From: an uncultured bacterium
Lineage (GTDB): Bacteria; CSSED10-310; CAZUFC01
Direction: 5' to 3'
NCBI GenBank assembly: GCA_964619725.1
Contig: CAZUFC010000163.1
Location: 1 to 16,597 of the forward strand
Length of the DNA stretch: 16,597 bases
Under the pieces are notes generated by a model. That model made no database searches. It saw nothing but the letters and a program-made list of their open reading frames with translations, and was not told the DNA's origin. A program made the position numbers and the translations under genes. Below are positions 6,858 through 16,225 of this stretch, one piece after another (position 1 is the stretch's first letter; each line of letters starts with the position of its first letter).

Positions 6858-9255
6858 TTGCTTCCTCCTGCCGATGCGGTTTTCTGACCAGGATATATCG
6901 TCTCAAGCTGTATTTCCCGTTTTTGTAAACGACCTTTTCGTCCGTTTCCTGGAACGGTTCCATTCCGAAAAGAGCCTCAAAATGGATTTTGCCTTCTTCC
7001 AGGTCCGCCACAGGAATGCGGATTTTGCTTGATGCCAGGACAGTCCAAATCCAGAGACAGAGCAGTAATACTATAAGAAGAATAAGACCCCACCGTATGT
7101 ACCGGGGAATATGAGCCCCGGCGGCGCCCTGTCCGCCTTTATTTCCTGTTCCTTCTTTCGCTTCACCTCCTCCGCCTTTGTCCGCCGTATCCTTGGGGCC
7201 TCCGGCAACGCCCGGACTCGTCTGCGAAGTTTCAAAACCGCTTCCTCCAGCATTGCCGTTCATACTCGTCTCCTTGCCTGCCGCCTCCATTTGTTCCTCC
7301 CGATCACGCTCACCGCTTTCCCTTTCTTGTTTTTCCCTTTCCCTCTTCAGCTTTGCTTCCTCTTCCCTTCTCCGTTTTTCCAGCTCTTCCCGTTCCCTCC
7401 TGGCTTTCTCTATTCGCTCCTTTTCTCTTCGCGCTTCTTCCCTCCTCTGTTTTTCCAGCTCTTCCTCCCGTTTTATCCTGGCTATCCTGGCTTCCTCGAT
7501 TTTAAGCGCCTCCTGGAAATAGTTGCGCACATTCTTCTCAATCTGCTCCTTCATGTATCCGAATAAAGAGGAATACTTCACTGAAGCATAAGGCTCAACA
7601 TTTGATGATGCGCCCCAGATCAGACTCATCCGGTCTTTCGCCCATTCTTTTTCCACATTGTCCGTATAATGGGCTATCCATTGGCCTACAGTCCTGCTTT
7701 TGTGATCCCTGTAAACTTCGCCTCGAACGATGTCTTCATATTTTTTCACCAGGTCTGACTGTCCCTCCCAGGCCCTTTCACCCTCAGAAATAAGCTTCTT
7801 CGTCGTTGATAATACGAGGTTCTGCGCGTCATCCAACAGGATGCCCGCGTCGTATCTTTTGTCCGGGCTCATGATGAAAGGGAGGTCCAGACACTGCTCG
7901 AAACTGTGGACTCCGAAGTTTTCATGCCTTACTTTCTTCAGATAATTTTCTGAGAGTTTCCAGGTACCCTCGTCCAAAGGTTTGAAATATTCTTGCAACT
8001 GTTTTCGAGCGATGACCTCTCTGACATCCTCTAAAGGCCTTCTGACAGCGCTGCCTAAACGCTTTTTTATGGAACTTCTTACTTCCTGATTCGACTCCGC
8101 CAGGTTTCGCAGAAATACCGTAAAATTATCTTTTTCTTCAGGATTGGAAATTCGGGAAGCATAAGAACTTATCGCCGAATCGAGGAAAAAAGGGAAAAAA
8201 TGTTTTGCGCAGAGCTTAACGCTGTCGTTGTATGATTGATGCGCCGCAGTGTTTTTTAAAATAATATTTTTAATTGTTTGTTCTTCAGGTTCAAATTTAA
8301 AACTCTCACAATAATCCCTGAAAAATTCACCCGATTTCCGCCTGGACGTCGTTTGAATTTCTGATTCTATGAAAGAAAAAATTCCGAAGATATTTTGATG
8401 CGGTTCAGCCTTCTGTTCATATCGTTTTCTTGCAGACTCCACATTCTGTTGTACATGATCATAAATGTCAGACGGTAAAATGATCCCATGAGGTATAGGC
8501 GCATCTAAAGCCTTTCGCTGATTAATTATCTGATTCTGAACATCTGCAATTATAACATCAGCGAAAGATGCCGTTTCTTTTTCCACCTCCTCAAGCAACG
8601 AAACGCCGGATTGAGGATGGATACTTTTTTTCACCTTTGTTTTCAGAGCATTCATGAGTTCAGAATTCCATCCTGCAGTTTCAATATGCTCTATCTCCTC
8701 CTCCGTCGGGTATACTCCTTCGGCCAGGTCCTCGAGTTGCCTGTCGATCGCCTGTTTACGAGCGTCCTGGAATATTTTCGACAAACGGCGTTCCGTATAG
8801 ATTTCTATCTGAGTATCACATTTCTCTCCGAATTTTTCTTCGCATTCTTCTTTCAACCACTCCAGGGTAAACCATCTGGAAGATTCATCCGGGGGATTCA
8901 AGCTTTGATGTATTCTTTTCAGGTCTTGCTCCAGCGACCGGAGAAGCAGGACCCTCAAATCATCCTCAACAAGAGTCCTGCTTTCTTCTGCTGTTTTATG
9001 AGCATTAGGATTCTCCGATATACCTGATGAAATTTCAGGAATGAAGTCCCGGGGATCATTTTCAAGGACCTTTTCCACAGCGACTTTAACCGCCTGACGT
9101 GCGGCATATCGAATGCTTATCTTTTTCGCTTCCTCATCCCGGCATGCCGCTTGACTTGAAAATATTGCGGTTACAAGCAGCAGAGCAGTGATTGCAATTG
9201 GAAACAGATTGGAGAATCCCGGCATCAATCTGTGAAATGTATGTTTATTTTTCAT
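6847..9255 (-). CDS. Large exported protein (802 aa): duplicated helical domain, E/R/K coiled coil, Gly-rich linker, C-terminal TM helix and short tail
   Basis: ATG at 9255 follows the SD AAGGGAG, 14 nt after the upstream stop. It has an N-terminal signal peptide (SSQA), REEE-type repeats and the TM segment WGLILLIVLLLCLWIWTVLA. Confidence 0.85.
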   Translation of the reverse strand: MKNKHTFHRLMPGFSNLFPIAITALLLVTAIFSSQAACRDEEAKKISIRYAARQAVKVAVEKVLENDPRDFIPEISSGISENPNAHKTAEESRTLVEDDLRVLLLRSLEQDLKRIHQSLNPPDESSRWFTLEWLKEECEEKFGEKCDTQIEIYTERRLSKIFQDARKQAIDRQLEDLAEGVYPTEEEIEHIETAGWNSELMNALKTKVKKSIHPQSGVSLLEEVEKETASFADVIIADVQNQIINQRKALDAPIPHGIILPSDIYDHVQQNVESARKRYEQKAEPHQNIFGIFSFIESEIQTTSRRKSGEFFRDYCESFKFEPEEQTIKNIILKNTAAHQSYNDSVKLCAKHFFPFFLDSAISSYASRISNPEEKDNFTVFLRNLAESNQEVRSSIKKRLGSAVRRPLEDVREVIARKQLQEYFKPLDEGTWKLSENYLKKVRHENFGVHSFEQCLDLPFIMSPDKRYDAGILLDDAQNLVLSTTKKLISEGERAWEGQSDLVKKYEDIVRGEVYRDHKSRTVGQWIAHYTDNVEKEWAKDRMSLIWGASSNVEPYASVKYSSLFGYMKEQIEKNVRNYFQEALKIEEARIARIKREEELEKQRREEARREKERIEKARREREELEKRRREEEAKLKREREKQERESGERDREEQMEAAGKETSMNGNAGGSGFETSQTSPGVAGGPKDTADKGGGGEAKEGTGNKGGQGAAGAHIPRYIRWGLILLIVLLLCLWIWTVLASSKIRIPVADLEEGKIHFEALFGMEPFQETDEKVVYKNGKYSLRRYILVRKPHRQEEASET

Positions 9256-9269
9256 TGATTTTTCTCCCT

Positions 9270-10162
9270 TTAAGAATATAAACGCAAAATGGAATTCAAT
9301 TCCTGCCAGCATTCATCCAAAAACTCATAGTCATCCCCGGTCAAAAGATTTTTCAATTTTTCGTTGAGTTTTTTATAAAAACTTTCAGCCTTTTCACGTC
9401 TCACACGATCTGAAGTATTCGGATCAAGCATTTTCACGACCAGATTCTTCAGTTCACGGTCCTGGTCTTTCATATCGTATTTCCAATCGTCATAGAGAAG
9501 ACGGATCAACTGCATTTGAAGATTCACAACATCATTTTCCAATCCCTCCGTAAAATCAATGATCCTGTTATGAATTTTCCTGCGGTTTTCAGGAAAGACG
9601 ACATCCGGTTGCGCATCCGCTATATTTCCGAGCCTGATAATTTCCGAATCTGAGATTTTATTCCATCGTTTCACTTGATTGGAGTTTTTGCCCTTTATGC
9701 CCGATTGTTCGAGAATATTTTCGTACATGCCGTTCATAAAAAGCTGTTGTTTACCGGACTTCTCAAAAATTTTATTTGTTTCCTTGCACAAATACTTGAA
9801 ATTGTCATCGCTCAACGTCAATTTATTTCTCCTGACCAGTGAAGCGTCTGAGAACATAGGGATTCTCAATTTTTTGATTTCTTCGTTCTTAATGTTTTCG
9901 AAAGCCAGCAAAAGCTCTAGCAACTGCAGTTCAATTATTTTTTTGTTGAATGCCAGCCGGGAATTAGATGGAGGACCTATAACGTCGATGACTTTTTCAT
10001 AACTGTATTTGTAGGTGAGTATTTGAACGATGATGACGAAAGTAAGAATCAGCACCAGGGGCAGGAGAACCTGCACCAGGATATTCCAAGTCGATTCTTC
10101 GGGTCCGCTGTCTGCATTTTTTCCCGAATCCAGGCATTCGGCTAAATTGTAATTTCTTCCAT
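9270..10162 (-). CDS. Single-TM partner protein in the MotB/ExbD/ZorB gene position, with an all-helical soluble domain; the 5' end appears frameshifted
   Basis: The frame is open from 10166 to 9270 (DGRNYNLAECLDSG...EESTWNILVQVLLPLVLILTFVIIVQI). The ATG at 10162, preceded by the SD-like AAGGGTG, is one base out of frame. The in-frame alternative is GTG at 10076. Confidence 0.75.
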
Positions 10163-10166
10163 CTTT

Positions 10167-11609
10167 TTACACCCTTCGGCTGAACATCTTCAGAATTCGC
10201 CGTCTTAAAGAAGGTTTTCCATTCTCCGCCATTGAACTTGCCCACACTTTTATCGTTTTGCCGCCGTTATCGGAAAATTTTAACGCCCTGTTTAACGCCT
10301 TTTCGAATTGATCAAACGACTGGCCCTGTCTGCGCGCATTATCAGTGAAGGTTTTTTCAAGTTTTTCATATTTTTTTTCCTGCTCTTCGTATATTTGTTG
10401 TAACTTGAACTGTAATCCTTCCAGGCGATCATTTAAGGCGTCGTTCCTTTTTTCCAAACGTACAAACTTCGCCCAACCTTTATTCGCGGTATCATTTAGT
10501 TCATCCATTTTAACTTTTAAAGTTGCATCCCCCTTTTTCACGTCTGCTTGAACTTTTTGAAGCAAACCGGCGAATCCAATCAAACTGCCGCTCAGTTCTT
10601 TATTTGCATCCTTCATGTATTTTGAGAGCTCTTTCATTATATTTGACAATGCCTTCGTCTCATTCACAGCCTCCCTGTTCGAATCAACCAGCTTAACCAG
10701 CAATCCGTTAGTTTCTTCCATTTTATCCGCTGTTTTCTCCATTTTTTCGTTTAATTCAGCGAGAATAACTTCTTGACTCGCCAAGCCTTCTTTAATGGAT
10801 TTACCCAGTTCTGCAAAATAACCAGCAAGGTCCATCTTGTTCAATTGCTCTTTAAAATTACCCAACGAATCGGCAATAGCATTAACTTCCGTGTTTGTGT
10901 TTTTCAGACTATCGGAGAATTCGTCCACATACATCTGAACTTCAGTCAATGAACTTGAAAGTCTTTTATCGGACGGCGGCAAAGGATTCTGCAAAGCCGA
11001 ATCCGGTTTCTGTAAAAGAGTCCTGGCGGTCGTCGTTACGAGCGGTGCGGCTATAAAAGACATGGCGACGCCGGTGAAAGTGCTCAGCAGCGCGGTCCCG
11101 AATGCAGTCACCAGAATGGTCGTACTGTCGGCTTCGATGCCTTCTCTCATGGAGTATCCGATCAATAAAAAGGCGTAAAGCGTGCCGAGCAATCCGAGTT
11201 GTATCCATGTATTTCGATAGTTTTTCGGAAACGGCATGTGATTCATTTGTCTGATTGCCGAACAGCTTGTAATTTTCCCCAGCATAAGAAGAATCGATGT
11301 CCGTGATATGAAAAAGAAGAACATGAGCAAAATAAGGGGCGTTATGGTGGAGGCATCCTGGCTGAACTGATACAGCAAATCGTAATAATCTTCCGGTATT
11401 CCGATCCTTTTGAAGAAATTGAGAACGGCATCGGGCGACATATTCAATTTCTGCCTGATCAATTCCGTTTCACAGACGGCGCGATTAAAATTAACCGTCC
11501 AGTAAGCCAGTGAAGCCGCCGTCAGGGCAACGGCCGTCAATGCAATTATTCCTATGAAGAAATAATATCCGCTTTTCAATTTTAACTTCTCATTTTTATC
11601 CCTGGACAT
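10167..11609 (-). CDS. MotA/TolQ/ExbB proton-channel family protein with a long C-terminal coiled coil (ZorA-like architecture)
   Basis: SD AAGGAGG. Four hydrophobic segments. Channel motifs QLGLLGTL and AFGTALLSTFTG. About 270 aa of heptad-rich tail follow the last TM segment. Confidence 0.85.
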   Translation of the reverse strand: MSRDKNEKLKLKSGYYFFIGIIALTAVALTAASLAYWTVNFNRAVCETELIRQKLNMSPDAVLNFFKRIGIPEDYYDLLYQFSQDASTITPLILLMFFFFISRTSILLMLGKITSCSAIRQMNHMPFPKNYRNTWIQLGLLGTLYAFLLIGYSMREGIEADSTTILVTAFGTALLSTFTGVAMSFIAAPLVTTTARTLLQKPDSALQNPLPPSDKRLSSSLTEVQMYVDEFSDSLKNTNTEVNAIADSLGNFKEQLNKMDLAGYFAELGKSIKEGLASQEVILAELNEKMEKTADKMEETNGLLVKLVDSNREAVNETKALSNIMKELSKYMKDANKELSGSLIGFAGLLQKVQADVKKGDATLKVKMDELNDTANKGWAKFVRLEKRNDALNDRLEGLQFKLQQIYEEQEKKYEKLEKTFTDNARRQGQSFDQFEKALNRALKFSDNGGKTIKVWASSMAENGKPSLRRRILKMFSRRV

Positions 11610-11624
11610 TCTTTGCTCCTCCTT

Positions 11625-12932
11625 TTATAGTTTTGATAAAAGACTGCGCGCCATATCGGAATAATCTCCGCCTATCCTTAATACTTCCATGAAGTCCTGC
11701 CTCGCCGGTTCTTTCCTGTTGTAAAGCTGCAGGCATAAACCCCGGTGAAAATATGCCGCGGCGAATCCGGGCGACTGTTTTATAGCCCGGGTGAACAAAT
11801 CGATCGCTCGCTTAGTATCGCAGTCCGCATAACATCTGCCCAAATAATACAAGCTTTCATGGGATTGAGGGTTCTTCTCCAGAGTCGCCTTCAAATGGGC
11901 TATCGCCTCCTCCTTCTTTCCCCTGCGGAACGCAACTTTTCCCAGTTCCAGCCCCGCTTCCCAACTGTCCGTCTTTTCATATTCCCGCCGGAAGCATTCC
12001 TCCGCTTCAGCAAGTTCCATCAGGTATAGATGCGCCTGGCCCAACTGATGCAGATTGTGAGCGGCAGGGTTCCGTTCGACCCTTCTTTTCCAATACTCCG
12101 TACCGGTCCGTAACTTTATTTTCAATATATGTTTTGACTCGGGATAACCCGAAAGAAACTCCAGATAACCCGAAAAAGTATCCTGCTTTAGAGCCCTCTC
12201 AACAGCTTCAAGCTCCCTGAGTCCTCTTTCGGCTTCTCGCCTGGCGCTTCCCGGATACTCGCCGTATTCGGCAATGTAAGCCGCATAAGCTTCCTTCGTT
12301 TCCTGTTCAACCGCCCGTTTCCAGCATATCTCCTCTGCTTTTCTTATCAGTTTTTCCTTCTCCGGATGGTTGGGAAATTCATCAATAAAATTGGTCAAAT
12401 CGTCCTCATTACCCGACTTGACCGCCTTTTTATACTTCAGGTCCATGATCAACCGCTGAGCCTGCAGAACCCGTCCGGATGCAGAACACTTTTTGATGAA
12501 GCCTGAGTATGATTCGACGCTGTTTTCCGTCACCGCTTTTCGCCACAACACTTCGCATGGACTTACAATCGATGCTGTATCCGTATTTTTGCCGCTTTTT
12601 CCTTCCTTTTCCGGACGACGCTCTTCAGCTTCAGGCATCGTAACAATTTCATCTTCATGTCGCTGCGATTCCAGAGCTGGTTGAACTTCCCGTCGAGAAG
12701 AGGCCGGCGATATTGTCGGAGTAACGGCAGGAACAGGCGCAGAGACGGTCGGAGTCTCCTGTTCCATTGGTTCGGAAGTTTGTTCAGAAGTGTTATTCGT
12801 CACTTCAGTTCGTTTCGGGGCAACATCATGACCGGACGACGGAACTCGCCGGGCACAACCGTTGCCGAGACATGTCAAAATGACCTCGACGATTATCAGA
12901 AGCGAAAAAAGAATCTCTTTACGTGTCGGCAT
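11625..12932 (-). CDS. Tetratricopeptide-repeat lipoprotein
   Basis: SD AAGGAG. A hydrophobic leader ends in the lipobox-like LGNG-C26, followed by a P/T/E-rich linker, four short helical repeats (W/Y-x2-A...Y-x2-F/Y-x3-YP-like) and about four TPRs (LGQAHL, LGKVAF, LGRCYA, RGLCLQ). Confidence 0.88.
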   Translation of the reverse strand: MPTRKEILFSLLIIVEVILTCLGNGCARRVPSSGHDVAPKRTEVTNNTSEQTSEPMEQETPTVSAPVPAVTPTISPASSRREVQPALESQRHEDEIVTMPEAEERRPEKEGKSGKNTDTASIVSPCEVLWRKAVTENSVESYSGFIKKCSASGRVLQAQRLIMDLKYKKAVKSGNEDDLTNFIDEFPNHPEKEKLIRKAEEICWKRAVEQETKEAYAAYIAEYGEYPGSARREAERGLRELEAVERALKQDTFSGYLEFLSGYPESKHILKIKLRTGTEYWKRRVERNPAAHNLHQLGQAHLYLMELAEAEECFRREYEKTDSWEAGLELGKVAFRRGKKEEAIAHLKATLEKNPQSHESLYYLGRCYADCDTKRAIDLFTRAIKQSPGFAAAYFHRGLCLQLYNRKEPARQDFMEVLRIGGDYSDMARSLLSKL

Positions 12933-12991
12933 CGATCAAACTCCTTTCTTGAAAAGTTTGAAAGTTCTCTTTACTGAGAGTGTGAATGAGT

Positions 12992-13003
12992 TGAAATATT
13001 TCA
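12992..13003. promoter_or_regulatory. Perfect 12-bp palindrome, a candidate operator in the divergent promoter region
   Basis: TGAAATATTTCA lies 60 nt upstream of the operon start at 12932. Confidence 0.35.
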
Positions 13004-13040
13004 GTTGGGAGTGGATTTTTTTTGGGGGTGGAATTTTTTC

Positions 13041-13070
13041 TTGACTTTGCTGTAACCGAAGGTTTATTTT
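13041..13070 (+). promoter_or_regulatory. Possible sigma70-type promoter for the small plus-strand locus
   Basis: TTGACT-N18-TATTTT lies upstream of the SD AAGGAG and the ATG at 13105. Confidence 0.3.
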
Positions 13071-13104
13071 AACCTGCGGTATCAATTTGAAAGGAGCTTC
13101 GGAA

Positions 13105-13433
13105 ATGAAATTCGAAGACGAAGGGATAAAAAAAATACATGTATCATTGCCGAAAGACGTTCACCGGTATCAGTATTTGAATTTGAAACCGTGTTGTATG
13201 ATCATGCAAGGTATTATTGGAAGTGGAATAAGAGGAACAACCTGGAAGGTTTCTCCAGAAGTATTGGTGATCATGTATTCACATGGCAGCCGCATGGTTC
13301 TCAGTTTACCATTATCGAAAAAGTTTCGCCCGACAGATTATCCATAAGGATCAAAAAACCGCCGAAGTTGGATCGTGATCACGTTCTTGATTCGATTAAT
13401 TTCAACGAATCCTGGATTACACTTATTGAATAG
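13105..13433 (+). pseudogene. Chimeric remnant: ribbon-helix-helix-like N-terminus joined out of frame to the C-terminus of a probable type II restriction endonuclease
   Basis: 13105-13167 reads MKFEDEGIKKIHVSLPKDVHR, a beta-strand plus helix pattern typical of RHH proteins. From 13173 another frame reads VFEFETVLYD...WKWNKRNNLEG...HVFTWQPHGSQFTII...WITLIE*. I recall this motif from restriction-endonuclease C-termini but cannot name the enzyme. Confidence 0.5.
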
Positions 13434-13661
13434 AATAATCAATCGTAAAATGACATAATGAATATCAATTTTTGTCTTAACTGCCAGGAAAAAAATTACT
13501 GATTAAATTGCGGCGACAGTAATTTTTCGATCGGTTGTAGTTTTTTAGTCAAAGATTTCACAATTTTTTATCATTCAATGTCAGGAGATGTGAATTTATG
13601 GAGACAATAATTTCACCGGTCTCTGCCGCGTAAGAGAAGCGCAAAAATTGAAACAGGCCGA

Positions 13662-15926
13662 TCACCTTCTATTTTTTATCATCAACATTTCAGGCGATTC
13701 AGCGGTCACGGTCAGTTTATTCAGCGCTTTATGATTCTTTTTATAGAACTGCAGAAAAGCTTTCGATGCCAGTGTCCTTCCATGCTCAAATATTCTTCTG
13801 GCCCCGAAGGAGGTTACCTGTCCCTTTATGCCTTTCAGGAGGGTTTCTCCTGTGCCTTTTATGACTGTTATGCGGACGTTGGGGTTGTTGAAACGTTCTG
13901 CTGCGGATTTAATGGAATCTTTTACTGATTTTTCTATGATGGCTGCGAGCGTTTCTTTACTCAGCGGATCGAACAGTATGGGCGTTCCAATGCGGCTCAG
14001 GAATGCAGAGCTGAGCATGTTTTTAATTTCCGTTTCCACTTTTTTGCTGATGTCCAGGCGGTTGGGCGTGCCGGCGAAGCCCATTGATTTTCTGACGGAT
14101 TCGTCGAGGCCGTCGGGGAGGTTCATGGTGAAGGCTAAAATGAGGTTAGCGCAGGAGAACATGGAGCCGGCAGCGCTTTGGGCTTCACCCAGGTCGAGGG
14201 TTTGCAGGAAAAGGTCGGCCAATGCTGATCTGACCTGTGGAGCGGCATGGTCAAGGTCGCTGATTTCCATCAGGGCTCCGGCGTGGTGCTTGGCGGCCTG
14301 TTCCAACCTGCCGCTCTGGTAACTTCCGACAAGCCCTCTGCCTGACCCCAGCAATTGAGCGGAAGCTGTATAATAATCGGGAAGACTGGCGGCATCTATG
14401 TTGATATAAGGTATTTCCAGCCGTTCGGCCAGCATCCGGGCGCTTTCTGATTTGCCTGTACCCGGAGTGCCCTGGGTGCAGTATCTTATCGGTTGATGAA
14501 GAGGCCTGGTCAGAATTTCCATTTGCAGCCTCATGGTCAGTTCATCTAATGCTTCATCCTGTCCCAGCAATTTCTGTTTGAGAAACGAGAGCAAACCACG
14601 GTCAGTCAGGACCTGAATAAACTTTTCCTGAACCTTTGGGGAACGTTTTGCTCCCGGTTTGTCTCCCAGTCCCGTCAGAGTGACGTTATTGCCGGCTATT
14701 TTTTCAGCGAAACCGGATAAATCTTTCGTTCCGATTTTACGCCAGTTATTGACCATTCTGGCGGCCACGGGCGTCAATATGCGTTTTTGTTCATCTTCTG
14801 TTCTGCCTGATAAAAAGGAATTCGTTTTATCGCTTAAACTGCGCACGACTTCCGACGGCAAACCGCCTCCCCTGCAGCCGCAATTTGCTATGCTGAACCG
14901 GATGAGGTTCTCTATATTCAGCATATCAGTGGGAATCGTCCGAACAACCGGAAAAAGCGGGTCGCTTTTGCCTCCCTGACCGCCGTGAAACACGGACTGC
15001 AGGTCGTCGAAACTGCCCGTGAATATGCCCGGCAAGTTCAGCGACGACAGGGACCTCAGTAAAGCCCGCGTCTCGTTTCCGATCTCGTAAGGATTCGTTC
15101 CCATGCTCATCGCGGCAGCAGGTACCACCACATACCCCGGAGCTTTCCTGAATATTTCCGGCAGCCGCCTTGTCGCTGCAGAAGGCGCGGTATATACGCC
15201 CAAAGAACTGTCCGCCTGCATGCAAACCTCCGCTATGGCCGACAACGCAGCAGCCTCCAGCGCCGGATAATCGCTCGAAACAGCGACCGACAATGACGCC
15301 TCAAGATACTCCACCGTCTCATAAGCCCAGCTCATTAAAGACTGCAACGCATCATCCTCGCAATTCGATATTCCCATCACAGGCGACAGGCTATCCGCAT
15401 ACGGCTCATATTTCTTGATCAAATCTCCTTTCGAAAGCCTCTGAGGCGAATGCTTCTGCATCTTCCCCGCTATGTCGTTCAATCCCCGCAACTCCGCTTC
15501 CAACCTGACTATCCTCGCTCCCGAACATCCATTCACCGGAATCTCTATGCACACCCATAATGAACTCGTCTTCCCGTCAGTGTTCTCCACGGAAGGTAAT
15601 ATGAACATATCTCTGCTTAATTGCGCCATGCATGCGGAAAACAGATGTACCGGTATGCGCGCTTCCCACGGCGCCCTTAACATCTCGCATTTCAAATGTA
15701 TCGCCGTCCCCTGCAATATATCGCACCGCATGGAAAGAATTCCAGCGACGCCGACGGATTCGCCGGAAGAACACGCTGAAAATATGCCGCCTCCCGCATT
15801 AAATTTTACCTTCAATCCTGTTACAGCCTCAATCACACCCGATGCCTCCTGAAGAAAGCTCATAAGCGACATCCGCTCTGACCGCGAACTCGATGAATTG
15901 CTTCTGCTCGTTTTACCTATGTTCAC
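13662..15926 (-). CDS. ClpA/ClpB-like AAA+ protein (754 aa) with a degenerate first module and an atypical Walker B
   Basis: A strong SD (AAGGAGGT) precedes the GTG at 15926. The second-module motifs appear in ClpB order: [54 protein letters not shown] and FGARRI. Confidence 0.87.
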   Translation of the reverse strand: MNIGKTSRSNSSSSRSERMSLMSFLQEASGVIEAVTGLKVKFNAGGGIFSACSSGESVGVAGILSMRCDILQGTAIHLKCEMLRAPWEARIPVHLFSACMAQLSRDMFILPSVENTDGKTSSLWVCIEIPVNGCSGARIVRLEAELRGLNDIAGKMQKHSPQRLSKGDLIKKYEPYADSLSPVMGISNCEDDALQSLMSWAYETVEYLEASLSVAVSSDYPALEAAALSAIAEVCMQADSSLGVYTAPSAATRRLPEIFRKAPGYVVVPAAAMSMGTNPYEIGNETRALLRSLSSLNLPGIFTGSFDDLQSVFHGGQGGKSDPLFPVVRTIPTDMLNIENLIRFSIANCGCRGGGLPSEVVRSLSDKTNSFLSGRTEDEQKRILTPVAARMVNNWRKIGTKDLSGFAEKIAGNNVTLTGLGDKPGAKRSPKVQEKFIQVLTDRGLLSFLKQKLLGQDEALDELTMRLQMEILTRPLHQPIRYCTQGTPGTGKSESARMLAERLEIPYINIDAASLPDYYTASAQLLGSGRGLVGSYQSGRLEQAAKHHAGALMEISDLDHAAPQVRSALADLFLQTLDLGEAQSAAGSMFSCANLILAFTMNLPDGLDESVRKSMGFAGTPNRLDISKKVETEIKNMLSSAFLSRIGTPILFDPLSKETLAAIIEKSVKDSIKSAAERFNNPNVRITVIKGTGETLLKGIKGQVTSFGARRIFEHGRTLASKAFLQFYKKNHKALNKLTVTAESPEMLMIKNRR

Positions 15927-16034
15927 TGCTTTAACCTCCTTTTTGGATTCAAATTCAACCCGTCTCATAATGTTAGACGAAAGAGACACGCTTTTTTTCA
16001 CTTGTTTCGGAAGAAGGACGGCGAAGGGATCGGG

Positions 16035-16141
16035 GAATGGAAGATTGGAAGAATGGAAGATTGGGTGAGCGGAAGATTGGATGAGTGGATGGAAGGATGG
16101 ATCGATGGGTGGAAGGAAGGATGGATGGGTGGATGGGTTGG
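16035..16141 (+). repeat. Purine-rich degenerate GGA(A/T) tetramer/octamer repeat
   Basis: GGAAGATT GGAAGAAT GGAAGATT GGGTGAGC GGAAGATT GGATGAGT GGATGGAA GGATGGAT and so on, with very few C. Confidence 0.85.
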
Positions 16142-16225
16142 CATGTTCTTTGGGACTTTGCAGCGGTAAACGATAATTTATCTCGTTGACGTCTTATTTT
16201 TCCTCTTTCTGTCGTTACTGGTTAA

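Noticed and set aside
9270-11609. Calling the gene pair zorA/zorB (canonical Zorya)
   Set aside because: The A subunit has four TM segments, the partner lacks the TM Asp and OmpA-like motifs, and no zorC/D/E gene is present in the window.
13662-16001. Naming the AAA+ gene clpB or clpV, and using the 16001 start
   Set aside because: It has no Clp-N or M domain, the first module is dead and no T6SS genes are present. The strong SD supports the GTG at 15926.
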